Translations under genes and position numbers: made by a program | Notes under the pieces: model-generated | Seen by the model: only the letters and a program-made list of their open reading frames with translations | Told to the model about the DNA's origin: nothing | Databases searched by the model: none | Shown here: positions 12,682 to 25,580 of the stretch, piece after piece | Position numbering within the stretch: position 1 is the first letter of the stretch | How the letters are laid out: the number at the start of each line of letters is the position of its first letter | Source of the DNA: Mobula hypostoma | Lineage: Eukaryota | DNA length: 64,000 nucleotides | Direction: 5' to 3' | Assembly (NCBI RefSeq): GCF_963921235.1 | Contig: NC_086097.1 | Coordinates: 175,400,001 to 175,464,000, forward strand

Positions 12682-13261
12682 CTGCAGAGGAAGGGTGCCA
12701 AAGTTTAGCTGGGAAGAATGGCTTGTGGATAAGCATCTTCACTACAAAGCAATGGCTGGAGAATCTGTGAGCAAGGACAAACTTTGTCTGCAGGCTTCAT
12801 TCAACAGCAACCATTGAACTTGCTATTCATAGCAATTCTCTAATAAAGAGTTATGAGCTTGAAAATCCTCCATGTGATGTTCTGGTTTGTAGCCCTGATA
12901 GAAGCCCACTACCTTCTCAGAGCTACCATTGATAGGAAGCATAGAAGCATGAAGTCCCATATCACCAGTTTCAACAACACAAGAAATCCTGCAGATGCTG
13001 GAAATCTTGAGCATCACACATAAAACGCTCGAGGAACTCAGCAGGTCAGGAAACATCTATGGAGGGGAGTAAACAGTCGAAGTTTTGGGTGGAACCCTTC
13101 ATCAAGACAGGGAAAGAAGTGAGCAGAAGTCAGAATAAGGAGGAGGAGGGTGGGGGAAGAGTACAAGCTGGCAGGTGATTGGTGAGACCAGGTGAGGGGG
13201 TGGGGAGTGGGTTGAAGTAAGAAGTTGAGAGGTGATTGACTTGCTGAGTTCCTCCAGTATT

Positions 13262-13938
13262 CCGAGAGGAGAAGATGGCAGTGCGACGCAGCTCGCAGCG
13301 GCCACTCCAGTGAATGATATCTGTAATCTGTCAAGTAGGGTGCCATGCACAATCCTGATTTGATGGAGACAGACGTGAGAGCACGGAGGAACATCTGGTG
13401 AAACTTCTGAAATGCCTGCTTTGCTGCCGCTGCTACTATGTGATCCAGAATCTCCAGAGGGGAAGGCCCCAAGTCCTCAGCTTTGCTTGCTGCTTGGCAG
13501 CCGGGGTGGGGTCGAAGTGCACGGCAGAGGATGGTACTCGGTGCTTGGTGTCAGAGGGCTGGTCGGAGGCTCGAAGTTTTCGGACAGACTCAGAGTCCGC
13601 TGCGGTCAGGTGCTTCTAATGGTGCTGCATCGGCAAGTTTGCGGCGCTTTGGAAGTTCATGGCAGGGACAGTTTCTCCCTTCTACCGTCTGCATGAGATG
13701 ATGAGGCTATTGGGACTTTGAGACTTCTTTTTATCATGCCCATGGTTTCGCTTTACCAAATTACAGTATTGCTTTGCACTATTGTAACTATATGTTATAA
13801 TTATGTGGTTTTGTCAGTTTTAGTCTTGGTTTGTCCTGTGTTTTCTTGTGCTATCACTCTGGAAGAACATTGTATCATTTTTTAATGCATGCATTTCTAA
13901 ATGACAATAAACGAGGACTGAGTGTCCTCATAATCTAA
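13262..13938 (+). mobile_element. Non-autonomous SINE-like retroposon, family not identified
   Basis: CpG-rich head (aagatggcagtgcgacgcagc), T-rich body and aataaa tail; sits between a PLE tail fragment and LINE 3' sequence. Confidence 0.5.
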
Positions 13939-14873
13939 AGTATTGGGTGTGTGTTCCAGCAAGTTCAAGAACAGTTACTTCCCTTCGACTATTTGTTTCT
14001 CAAACCAACCTGCACAATCCTAATCACTCCTTCAGCATAGCAACATATGACCACTTTGATAAGTTTGCATAAAATTTACTTTTCTTTTGTTCCAATTGTG
14101 TTCTTCCTTGTAAAAAAAAGTTTAATATATTAGCTTGATTTTTTTTGTGAATGCTCCTTATCTGATGCTATGTCCCTGTGATGCCACTGCAAGTAGGTTT
14201 TCATTGCAAACATGATGTTGTCTTTAGACATTGGCTTTCTCTCCCTGGACCATCATGGATCACCTCTGCCAGTCCGATATTTTGTAAAACAGTCATTCCA
14301 GAGGCTCTTATAGTCACAGACGTAAGTTTCCTCAGGACAACATGGATTGTCAGGTCCTACAGAAGTTATGACTGTGTCCAGCATGAATCAGTAGGAAATA
14401 GCAACATCTTCAAACTGTAAAGTTAAGAGTTCAAATTCCACTCCAGCCACCAATCAGTTTTCTAACAGATATACTCACACTGTAAATAGAAACAGGAAAT
14501 GCTGTAAAGACTCAGCAAGAGCCACTTTGTATCTAAAGAAAGAAATACCTCACAGATGCGTCCCAACCTGCTGAGTACACGATTTTCTATTTCATTTTAG
14601 ATTTCCAGTATTTGTTAGCTTTTTTTTCATTTTCATTAATAGTTAATATTTCAACTCTGCATAGCATGTTGAATGTTTTTGATTCCATGCAGTAAGCAGC
14701 AATTGAATAGATACATAGAGGGGCGGGGCCTAGATGGCTTGAGCTGGAGATAGGAAATTGGGACTAGCTGGGTGGGCACTGTGGTCAGCATGGACTGGTT
14801 GGGCCATGTTGTTTTGCACTATGACTCCAGTTAGGAATGCTTTGTTAGAACAATAAAACATTGAAGGACCTAC

Positions 14874-15006
14874 CACTCGCTGATGATCCAAGTAATGAGA
14901 TGTTAGGCAGTGTTGAGTTAAACTGATCTCATCATAATTCCTCGCATGGCAATACGGACAACTGTATGTTGGCAGTATCTCTGTTGATCCGATTGGTTGA
15001 AGGGAA
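14874..15006 (-). CDS. RNF125: RNF125-like E3 ligase, coding exon 4
   Basis: Acceptor ttctttttactttcaag; 133 nt; (S)SLQPIGSTEILPTYSCPYCHARNYDEISLTQHCLTSHYLDHQRV is the first Di19-type C2H2 finger; donor GTG|GTAGGT. Confidence 0.92.
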
Positions 15007-16553
15007 CTTGAAAGTAAAAAGAAGGAGGCAATTTATTAATTTTAGGTCCCAGCATTAAAAAAAATTCAGAGAAAAGAAATTCACTTTATTGATTCTCCTT
15101 TCACCAGCCTGAACGTTCATTTGTAAATGAAAAAAATCTGCTGGAAGTATGAAATAGAAAGCTTTTATTTCAGTTTTTTTTATTATTAAACACCCATTCC
15201 CTCCACCACTGGAACACAGTGGATGTAGTATGCACAAATGTACTATAGTTCTCACCTACACTTCTCAGATAGCAACTCTGAAACCCATGATCACAACCAC
15301 CAAGAACACTGCCCCCTGCTGGCTTCCTTCCAACTTGCCCACCTTCCCGAATTGGAAATATGCCGTCACTCCCTCATTATTAATGAGTCAAAGCTTGGAC
15401 CCAGAAAGATTTCAATTGTTCAGGAAAGTGACTCAACAACATTACAGATGCAGCAGAGAAAGCATCCCATTTGGATGCATTATGGCTTGATGCTGTAACT
15501 GCTCTGCCCAAGATCACAAGAAACTGCAGAGCATTGTGAGCACAGCCCAGTCCATCACAAAAATCAGCCTCCCCTCTATAGGCTCTGTCTATGCTTCCAA
15601 CTGCCTTGGGAAAACAGATGACAAAATCAAAGAGCCCTTCCGCCACAGTCATTCTCCCTCATCCCCTCTCCCGTTGGATAGAGGAACAGGTACCACAAGG
15701 CTCGAGAATAGCTTCTATCCCACTGTTGTAAGACTCTTGAAATAACCGCTCCAGGATGAAATTTTGATCTCCCAATCCACCCCATCGTGTGCTTTGCACC
15801 CTATTATGTACCTGCAGTGCTCTTTCTCTGTAACTAGAACACCATACTCTGCATTCTGTTATTGTTCTTCATTTTGTACTACCTCAACGCACTTATGTTT
15901 GAAATGATCTGTCCAGATAGCATGCATATAAACACATTTCACCCTATCTTGGTGCAGGTGAAAATAATGAACAATTTATAAACACAGGGACAACTAGAGG
16001 TGGATAAGTTTATTGGGAATCATTGTGCAGGATTCCCTCAAGGTTGAGGGGGACGGGAAGGAGCACAAGCTGGACGGTGATTGGTGAAGCCAAGTGAAGG
16101 GGTGGGTAGGTGGGTGGGGCTGGTAGGTTGAAGTGGGGTGCATGGATATGATAGATATGCTCTATGCCTTCCTCACCATTTTGCCAACTAGTGCTGCCAC
16201 CTGCAGGGATAATTGAAAATATAAACATAATTGAAACACTACATCCTGAATCCTGTTACCTCTGTTCCCTTTGGAACATTTTGATAGAAACCTAGAAAGC
16301 CTACAGCACAATACAGGCCCTTCGGCCCTCAAAGTTGTGCCGAACATGTCCCTACCTTAGAAATTACTAGCATTACACATAGCCCTCTATTTTTCTAAGC
16401 TCCATGTACCTATCCAAAAGTCTCTTAAAAGACCCTATCGTATTAGCCTCCACTACCATTGCTGGCAGCCCATTGTTTCAAATGATCTATATAAATGGCA
16501 ATTTCTTCACCCTATCTCAGTACAGGTGACAATAGTAAACAATTACCCAAAAG

Positions 16554-19079
16554 CAGGGGTGTATCTACAGAAAATAGTGCCTATGGTAAGCACTGAAATT
16601 GCGCCCCTGTCCAAACATCTGGCACCCATCTTTTAGATAACTTCACCATAATATCAGCTCAAAAATACGAGTCAGACTCGTTAATCTTTTAAATAACAAA
16701 TTATGGCACTACATGAAAATTATAACTGCACCTTCTTTGCTTTCACTGATGCAAATTGGTCTATGATGTGATCAAAGTCAGTTTTTTCAGTTTCTTCTCT
16801 TTCTACGCTCAGCAGAGCAAGATCACAGAGTCTGCCTTGACCCATGGAGGCTCTCAAATACGAAAGTATTAGTTTTAACTTGCTGAATGATCTCTCACAG
16901 CTGGAGATGGAAACTGCGATGGTTAGCATTATCTGAATAGCAATGCGAAGATCGGGGAAGACGCTCTCATCTCCATACTGACAATAAATTCAAGAAGCTC
17001 TTCAAGTCTTGATATTTTCATGTTGACCCACCTGGATAGCAACATTCTGCAATCCAAAATTTCTTCATATAGCTGCTGTCCATCAACATCAGAGCTGTAC
17101 AATTCCCCCAAATTTTTGCACTTCTTCTTTAGGTCGTTACTGTCGGCACCATAACACAGCCCCTCAACATCGAGAAGGAAACCAATCTTGGTGTCAGTGT
17201 CATGCAAACGAGCAAACCTTTCGTCCATTTCTCTGTGAAGACGGTCGAGTGTTCCCTTCATGACTCTTTCCATTTCCTCCTTAGCTGTTAACCCAGCGTC
17301 TCTCGAGTTCTCATTAGCCATTCGTTTCTTTTGTCTCTGACGTCTTTCAACTTCAATATTCCATCCTTGACAAAGACCAACTCCTTCTTCCAGTGACTCA
17401 CTGACCAACACTTCTCTTTCATCATAAAAATGATCTCTGAGTGCTTTCAAATCCAGGGCAGCATCGTGGAAGTTCATGCTAGGATCCTGCAGCCTCTTTT
17501 GAATACGGTCTATGCGAATGAGTACTTTGTTCCAAAATCCAAGCAAAATCAGAAAATTGTAACTCAACATGCAGTTGTACAGCTGCCTTGCGTCACTTCT
17601 TGTTTCACTGGTCTCGTTTTCATTGTCTATCATGTCCTGGAGAACTTGAAGTATCTCCTCAAGGTACTTGTTGACGGGCTTCACTGCTTCTGTCCTTGCA
17701 CTTCACCTGGTTTCGGAAACCAACTTAACAACCACAGGCATGGTGTCTTTGAGTTTTTCCCAGCGCTGTGTTGAACGAGAGAAAAACACGTAGAGAGCTT
17801 CGATGGTTCCAAAAAACGTGACCATCATTGTATCCTGCTTGGCTGCATGTACACCCACTAAGTTGAGTGAGTGATTGTCACAATTCACAAACACTGCCAG
17901 GTTGTTTTTCTCACTTATTCTTTGATGAACACCACTTCTGTGTCCAGTCATCACAGCAGCGTTGTCATAGCACTGTGATCGACAATCTTTTAGCTCCATT
18001 TTGTCCTTCTCTAGCTGTTTCAAGATGTCTTCAACCAAGCTGTCAGCATCCTTCTGGCTTATCTGGATAAAACCAAGGAAGGACTCTCTAACACGGACTG
18101 TTTTCCTCTCAAAATCAACTTCCACATACCTCACTACTTCTGACATCTGCTCACTGTGTGCCTGATCAGGAGTCGAGTCGAATATGAGACCATAATACTT
18201 GGCTTTATGAATGCTTCTCAATAAACTCTGGTGAACAGTAGATGCCATCATGTGGATGAATTCATTCTGGACATCCGGTGAAAGACGTGGATCCAGGATG
18301 ACTTTCCAAATGAGTGAGATGTTCTTTTATGACAGGGTCAAAGATGGCCAGTAGTTTCAGTAAGCCAAGGAAATTTTCCACATTAGTGTCATTGTCTAGC
18401 TGAAGTGACTCCCTGTGTCCTCGCAAAGCCAGGTTCTGAGTCACAAGGAATTTTATGCAGTGAAGGATTCTCATCAAGATATCACACCACTCTTTGACAT
18501 CATCCAGTTCTCTAGGTTCAGTGTCGTCAGGTTATCTCGTCAGGTAAAATCTCATCAATAAAATCAATATCACCACCACCATCGTCTTCCCCTCTTGTCA
18601 TGTCCACATTCTCTGTGGCAGCCTCACTCTTAATCTCGTCATACTCGGATTTATCTGACTTGACTTCTTCCTCGGCTTGTGACGCATTTGTACTTGATCC
18701 ACCTTCAGATTCTAATAAACTTGTAGCAGGTGCAGGCGACTCCATGGAACGTGTCGAACTACTTGTTCCGGGCTTTTCAAAGAAGGGCATGAAGAACTTG
18801 CTCAACTTCTTGGCTTCCTCCGCCTCCAACTTCCGTCTCTTCCATCCTTCAGCTCCACTTTCCTTCTTCTTCGTGAAGAAACATTTCATGGTCTTCTTAC
18901 ACAATGCTCTGAAATAAGGCCATCCTAGTGCTTCTCACCCATGATAATCAAAGACAGATCATACATCTGAAGAAAATTCTTTTTTCACTATTCAAGGATG
19001 GCTTGTCTGACTTTAATAGAAACTGCTCAGTGGCGCCCAGGGCACGTGCCATACCTGCCATACCTTAGATACGCCACTG
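16554..19079 (-). mobile_element. hAT DNA transposon (Tip100/ZMYM1-like), frameshifted transposase
   Basis: Perfect 8-bp TSD cccaaaag (16546-16553, 19080-19087); TIRs caggggtgtatcta / tagatacgccactg; motifs NLALRGH, FDSTPD, SQCYDNAAVM, CDNHSLNL and hATC SCERSFSKLKLI. Confidence 0.95.
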
Positions 19080-20546
19080 CCCAAAAGTGTAATTATGTTT
19101 GGCATGATCTGTCTGTGTGGAAAACAATGCAAAAGCTTTTCACTGTATCTGGGTACAGGTGACAATAATTAGCTAATGACCAATGCTGAACAGTATGAGA
19201 TATAACCTCAGTTTTGGTCGTCCTCTATGCAGGGAGTGAATTGAAATAACCGAGTTTGGAGCTAACATCGGGATTCAAAGCTGAGCCACCAACACACATG
19301 AAGAAGATGGAAACAACAAGTCCTCTGAGGCCTCAGATATGTTATTCAATCTCCAGAATTGCCAATGTTGTCAACTTATTGGGATGGGATCTTCAAAACA
19401 ACCTGCTACAGGACCTCAGCAACACGAGTGGCATCTCTTTTCAGGCCCAGTATTGGGATTGTCATCTCTTGTCTCTCCTTGGGATGGGAAATGTAGACCA
19501 TTGCATTGGTCCTGACATATACTGGACAAAATTTGTCCTCTTCCACCACTGGAAGTTGGACAATGTTTAAGACCAAAATTGCTCATTTATGATGAAATTT
19601 GATGTTACTTTTTTTTAACCCAGAGTGCTTGGAACAAGGGGCCATGGAATCAGTCTTCAAATATTTCTAAGTTAGAGGTAGATAGATCCTTGTTAATCAA
19701 GGGGGTGAAAGGTTACTTGAGGACGCTTGAGATGCTGGAATTAGTGGGTCATACAGCTGAGTGTGCGCAGAGGGGAGGCCGATGTTTCAAGTTGAGGCCC
19801 TTCATTAGGACTGAGAGTATAGGGATAAGATGGCTAGTTTAGGGAGGGGTGAAGGAGGAGCTGATAGATGATATGTGAATCCAGGTGAAGAAGGGTGATA
19901 GGCAGGTAAGGAGAGAGGAGAAAAGGAGCAGATGGAGCAAGGTGGGGGAAGGGTGCGTGTATTAGTATTGGCTTACTGATGTCATCTGTACTGAAATACA
20001 TTGTTCCACCCAGACGGATTATTCCATACACAAGTACATCAAAAAGGAAAGAAAGAGAAGGTAGAATATAGAGTTACACATACAGAGAAAGTGCCTTTCC
20101 TACAGTGTACAGCACATCACCTCACCCGCCCCAGATATCCTCCCTTCTCCTCCTCTCCTGTTGGGCAGAAGAGACAGAAGCCCGAAAGCACGTACCACCA
20201 CATTCAATGATGGCTTCTACTGCACTGTTATAAAACTATTAAAGGGTTCCCTGGTTTGATGAAGTATACTCTTGACCTCATAATCTACCCTGTTATAACC
20301 TTGAGCCTTACTGTTTACTTGTACTGCACTTGCTCTGCAGCTGTTCCACTTTACTCTGCAGTGCCACTTTACCTTATTCTAGCTCAATACACTGCGTAAT
20401 GATTTGGTCTGTAGGAACAGAATGCAAGACAAGCTTTTCATTGTATCTTGGTACATGCGACAATAATAGACCAATTCCAATTCCAATACCAATCAATGCG
20501 GAAGGTTCCAGTTGGGACCACACATACTAATGGACTCCAGTCTTAC

Positions 20547-20659
20547 CTGGGCGTGGCATGTCTTGCTGTGGGCTGAGCATGGATGTCAGTCAATTGGTCA
20601 AAATCTTCCATGTCCTTTGAGCAGGCTTTCATGTGCCTCCTCATGAAGATCAAGTACAC
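20547..20659 (-). CDS. RNF125: RNF125-like E3 ligase, coding exon 3
   Basis: Acceptor gtcttgtgcag; 113 nt; VYLIFMRRHMKACSKDMEDFDQLTDIHAQPTARHATP(S) supplies the H..C of the C2HC finger; donor AG|GTAAGA. Confidence 0.9.
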
Positions 20660-20957
20660 CTGCACAAGACGCCACAACTTCAGTACACTGCAATTCTGCC
20701 ATTTCTCAACATTATTTTAATTATTTGGAAAAAATCTCTAGCCACAGACTTACAGAATGGCCTATTAGCCCAGTCCTAGTTCTATGGAAGAGCGATCCAA
20801 GAGCAATCTCACTCCCTTGCTCTCTCCCCTGTAGAAGGGAATGAATCTGTCTCTGTGACAATCCCAGCCAATACATTCTGGACCATAATCACTTACTGCG
20901 CAAAACAAGTTAAATATAGACCAAGACACACAAAACAAACTCAGCAGATCAGGCAGC

Positions 20958-21858
20958 TGTCATAAGAGGACATTGGGAGCAGACCCAAATGCAAGACGCA
21001 GACACTGAAGTACTAGGAACAGGACAAGGTTTATCAAGAAAACAAGGGGAGTCAGGAAGAAATGATGCTGGACATGGACACAGGCCCTGCGTCCTAGAAA
21101 GGGTCCCGGCCCTGCGTCCTAAAAAGCATCTTGGCCCTGCGTCCAAGAAAGGGTCTGGGCCCCGTGTCCAAGAAAGTGTCCTGGCCCTGCGTCCTAGGAG
21201 GGTCCTGGCCCTGCGCTCCAAGAAGGAGTACCTCGCCCAGCCCAGTGCCGGAGTTCCCTCATCCTGTGCTGGAGTTCCCTCATCTTGTGCTGGAGATTCC
21301 TCGTCCTGCTCAGGAGTACCTTGCCCAGCCCGGTGCTGGAGATTCCTCATCCTGTGTTGGAGATTCCTCGTCCTGTGCTGGAGATCCTTTGTCCTGTCCA
21401 GGAGTCCCTTGTCTAGTCCAAGCCATGTCCAAGAACCTCATCTAGTCTAAGCCAAGTCCAAGAACCTCGTCTAGCCCAAGTCAAGGCTTTGTGTTCTTGT
21501 CCTGTCCATGTGCCTCATCCTGTGCAGGAGTTCCACGTCCAGCCCTGTAGCCACATCTTGTTCTTGCCTAGATCCAGGGTCTGAGCCTGCATCAAGACCC
21601 AGGTTCTGGGTCCCTGTCCGGTCTCTGGCTCAGACTCCTAGCCCAGGCTCCTAGTTCCAAGTTCCTTGTCCTGGTCCCGCTTTCCTAGTCTTAGTCCAAG
21701 CCCAGGCCCGGTGTCCTTGTCTCGTCGAGGGCCTGTGTCCATGTCCAGTGTCATTTCCTCCTGACTCCTCTTGCTTTTTTGATAAACCTTGTCCTGTTCC
21801 TCGTACTTCAGTGTCTGTGTCTTGCATTTGGGTCTGCTCCCAACGCCCCCTCATGACA
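20958..21858. mobile_element. Foldback element with about 130-bp terminal inverted repeats, TG..CA ends
   Basis: 20958-21087 is the reverse complement of about 21729-21858; near 5-bp TSD gcagc/acagc; internal short tandem arrays. Confidence 0.8.
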
Positions 21859-22647
21859 ACAGCATTTATGGAGGGAGATGAACTGTTGACATTTGATGTC
21901 CTGTTGTAGAGTCTCTGCCCAAAATGTTGACTGTTTCTCTCCATAGATGCTGCCTGACCTGCTGCGTTCCTCCATCATTTTATGTGTTGTTCAGGATTTC
22001 CAGCATCTGCTGAATTTCTTGTGTATCTAACTATAGACCGAAACTGAATCCTCCGGCACAGAGGAGGAGTTGAGGCCAGCGTAGATCAGCCATCATCCTA
22101 TTGAAGGGTGGGTCAGGCTTGAAGGCAAAGTTGCCTATTCCTGTTCCATTTCAAGTCATTGAGATGCATAAAACTAGGTGGAACCTACATTTTATAAGGA
22201 CCTAGAACAGTGCAGCACAGTAACAGGCCCTTTTGCCCGTGACATCTATACCAAGCATAATGCTAATTTAAACTACTTCCTTCTTTTACTGTGTGCTTGT
22301 GAATAGTGATATCCTCTAAACTTTGCTAACTTAGAATCAAAATCTGGGTTGGAAGATCCTGCCTGTTGTATTTATTTTTCTGTCATTATTTAGCAATGAA
22401 GATGCAGAAGTGCCTCAATTCCCTGCTGGACTGTTGCCCCATAAACTACTTTGAATACTCATTCTCTTATTCACTGGCACATCATGGCTGTTGAGTGAAC
22501 CAAACATACAGTAAAATACACTGCTACTAGTCAGCCGGGCTACACTGACAATGCCTTTGCCACCATGAAAAACAAGGGCCTCAAATATGTGGAGAACACA
22601 CACCACTTCCTGCAAGTCACATGTTGTACTGCCTTATGAGACACCAA

Positions 22648-22865
22648 TAGACAAGAAAATCTGCAGATGCTGGAAATCCAGGCAACACACTCAAAATGCT
22701 GGAGGAACTCAGCAGGCCAGGCTGCATCTAGGAAAAGAGTAAACAGTCAACATTTTGGGCTGAGACCCTTCATCAGTCCTGAAGAAACGTTGACAGTTTA
22801 CTCTTTTTCAATAGTTGCTGCCTAGTTTGCTGAGTTCCTGCAGCATTTTGTGTGTGTTGTTTTGC
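22648..22865. mobile_element. Palindromic PLE-terminus derivative (older copy)
   Basis: Two PLE tails in inverted orientation joined at degenerate hammerhead cores. Confidence 0.7.
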
Positions 22866-23024
22866 AAGTCAATGCATTTTACTTTTATAAAATTAAACTT
22901 GCATGAGTAAAATGGAATTTCATTTCACCCTGGGGTATATAACAAACTAATGTAACCTGAACACTAATTCCTCCAGCATTTTGTGTGTATTGTTAGGATA
23001 TACTGACGTTCCCTCAACATCCCT

Positions 23025-23061
23025 AGTCCTGACGAAGGGTCTCGGCCTGAAACGTCGACTG
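23025..23061 (+). ncRNA. Minimal hammerhead ribozyme motif
   Basis: agtc ctgacga agggtctcggcct gaaac gtc gactg in a short insertion flanked by ttccctca(a/t)cat. Confidence 0.75.
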
Positions 23062-23989
23062 CGCCTCTTCCTATAGATGCTGCCTGGCCTGCTGCGTTCA
23101 CCAGCAACTTTGATGTGTGTTGCTTCCCTCATCATTGTTGTTGGGCCGAACTCCCGCTCCAATAGGATTGTGGGAGTACCTTCAGCAGCAGGGCGCCCGT
23201 AGTTCAAGAATGTGGCTCACCACTACCTTCAGGGCAGTTAGGAATGGGCGATAAATGGTGACTGCATCAGCAGAACCTCAGCCATATAGGAACAAAACCT
23301 CACCAATACCTTTCAAAGTCTTTTCCCTGCGAGAGTCTCTTGCCAATGATGTGTTAGACTCTCACTTTGAGCATCTCAGTGTAAGGACTCGTGTCAACTT
23401 GCACTAGTGTCATTGTCATTTCTGCTGGACGATCTCCCAGTCCGTTTTTTGGGCCTGGCCGGGATGGCCATTCATGGGTCTGGGCAGTCAGTAGTCAAGG
23501 GTTCTGCCCGAGCCAATCATGTGCCCCCTCTTCTGCTGTTGTACCTGTGCCTGTGTGTTCCTGGAGAAAGAGCACTCAGTGTCCATGGGTACATTGGGGG
23601 CTTTCTGGGATCAGTGGATACCACAGGGGCTTCAGTGCGTTCTGTACAGAGGTGACTATGACTTGAAGCTATTGACTATAAATTGTGTGAATCACAGAAC
23701 ACTGAAATATTGTAATAATATGATGCTGTAATCACTCAATGGGAAAATAAAACATCATTGTTGTTTTCACTTTGTTTTGCATATTTGTATAATATACGTT
23801 AATTTAAGTTTACATTAATTTATATTTGTCCTTGTCTTATAATGTAGTGTGATGCTGCAGTAAAAAGATAATTTTTAAGGCATTTATACCCTGGGTGTGC
23901 ATACCTATCAGAAAAATACATTTGAAATTAGTTTAAATGAATCTTGTTTAAATGGCACATACGTCAATGCAGCTAGGTGATTGACTAAC

Positions 23990-24143
23990 CTCAGAGCCAC
24001 AACTTTGGCATTTAGCTTTCTTGGACCTCAACAGCTTCTCGACGTCTGTGGCCAATGGCTCACTGCGAGAAGTCACCCCACGGCACAGTGGACATTTCCC
24101 GCCATTTACTGTGAAATTAGTGCAGTGGCAGCGTTCACAAAAT
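23990..24143 (-). CDS. RNF125: RNF125-like E3 ligase, coding exon 2
   Basis: Acceptor ttttcctttcag; 154 nt; (V)FCERCHCTNFTVNGGKCPLCRGVTSRSEPLATDVEKLLRSKKAKCQSCGSE completes the RING and starts the C2HC finger; donor GAG|GTTAGT; phase matches exon 1. Confidence 0.95.
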
Positions 24144-25222
24144 CTGAAAGGAAAATTAAGAGCGAGAGAGAGACAGCAGTCAGGTTGTGGCTGGAAATCC
24201 GGGTTAAATCCAGTGTTGCTTTGGCAGTTTGAGGAACAGCATGTTTTATTAAGAGCGGTGACAAGAAATGTGTCCACCACAGACATAATCCTTCCTACCA
24301 TCAAGGACTTCTTCAGGAAGCAGTGCCTTGAGAAGACAACACCTATCAGTAAGGACCCACTCTATCCAGAACATGCCCCTTTCTCAGTATTACCATGGGG
24401 AGGAGGTAAAGGAGCCTGAAGAACCACATTCAATGTTTTAGGACAGCTTCTTCCCCTCCACTATCATATTTCTGAATATTTATGAACACTGTTTATTTAA
24501 TGTAACTTATGACTTTTATGTCTTGCACTGTACTTCCACCACAGAATAATAAATTTCATGTTATATATCCAGAAAACACAAGGTCAAAAGACATAGGAGC
24601 AGAATTAGGCCAAGAATCAAGTCTGCTCCGCTATTCGATCATGGCTGATTTATTTTCCTTTCAACCCCATTCTCCTGTCTTCTGTCTATAACCTAAAAAT
24701 TCTGCTTTAAATAAACCCTGTAACTTGGTCTCCACAGATGATTGTGAATTCCACAGATTCAAAATACTTTGACTAAAGAAATTCCTCCTCATCTCAGTTC
24801 TAAAGAGATGTCCTTCGATTCTGAGGCTGTGTACTCTGGTCTTAGACTCTCCCACTGTTAAAAGCATCCTATCCACATCCACTCTCGCTAGGCCTTTCAA
24901 TATTTCGTCGGTTTCAATGAGATCCTACCTCATTCTCCAGTAAATACAGGCCCAAAGCCATCAAACCCTCCTCATACATTAACCCTTTCATTCCCAGGTG
25001 TTAATACAATAACATGACTATAGATGTGCAATGTCCAGCTCTCTCCAGCCTCCTCAGAAAGTGGAAGCATTGGGTGAGCTTTCTTGTCTGTGTAGAATGT
25101 GTTCTGGGACAATGAGAGGTTGTGTGTGATGTGCACTTCAAGGAGTTTGAAACTGCTTACAGTTCCAACTGCTGTGCTGCTGACGTAAAGGGGAGTGTGA
25201 GTGGCCTTCTCCCGTGTCAGAA

Positions 25223-25580
25223 GGCAGTGGCACTGTGACATAGACAGTAGAGCTGCTACCACATGGCTCCAGTAACAGAGGTTCAATCCTGAGCTAGGGT
25301 GCTGTCTGTGTAGAGTTTGCACGTTCTCCCCGTGACCCTATGGGTTTCCATCAGCTGCTCCAATTGTTCCCAAATCCCTAAGATGCATGTATTAGTAGTT
25401 AACTGTCCACTGTAAATTAAGCCTAGTTGTAGGTGAGGGCAGAATCTGTGGGGGGGGTGGGGAGAATTGGGTGAGTGGGAGTTGATGGGCATGTGGGGAG
25501 AATAAAATGGGATTAATCTTGGATTACTGTGAATGAGTGGTTGATGCTACTATGGGCTAAAAGGCCTGCGCCTGTCCTTT
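25223..25580 (+). mobile_element. tRNA-derived V-SINE (HE1-like)
   Basis: B-box-like ggttcaatcc followed by V-domain gtctgtgtagagtttgcacgttctccccgtgacc..gggtttcc. Confidence 0.8.

Noticed and set aside
14228..14321. Plus-strand exon-like segment (tttag..gtaagt)
   Set aside because: No recognisable peptide or partner exons; such sites occur by chance.
16720..18904. Domesticated ZMYM1-like gene
   Set aside because: Frameshifted and bounded by TIRs and a TSD, so it is a transposon copy.
20949..21450. ORFs of 104-153 aa in the foldback element
   Set aside because: Low-complexity translations of internal tandem repeats.
23948..24304. 118-aa ORF as a standalone protein
   Set aside because: Only 23990-24143 is exonic; the flanks are intron and LINE sequence.
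25223..25300. tRNA gene
   Set aside because: The tRNA-like head belongs to a V-SINE; no cloverleaf is evident.
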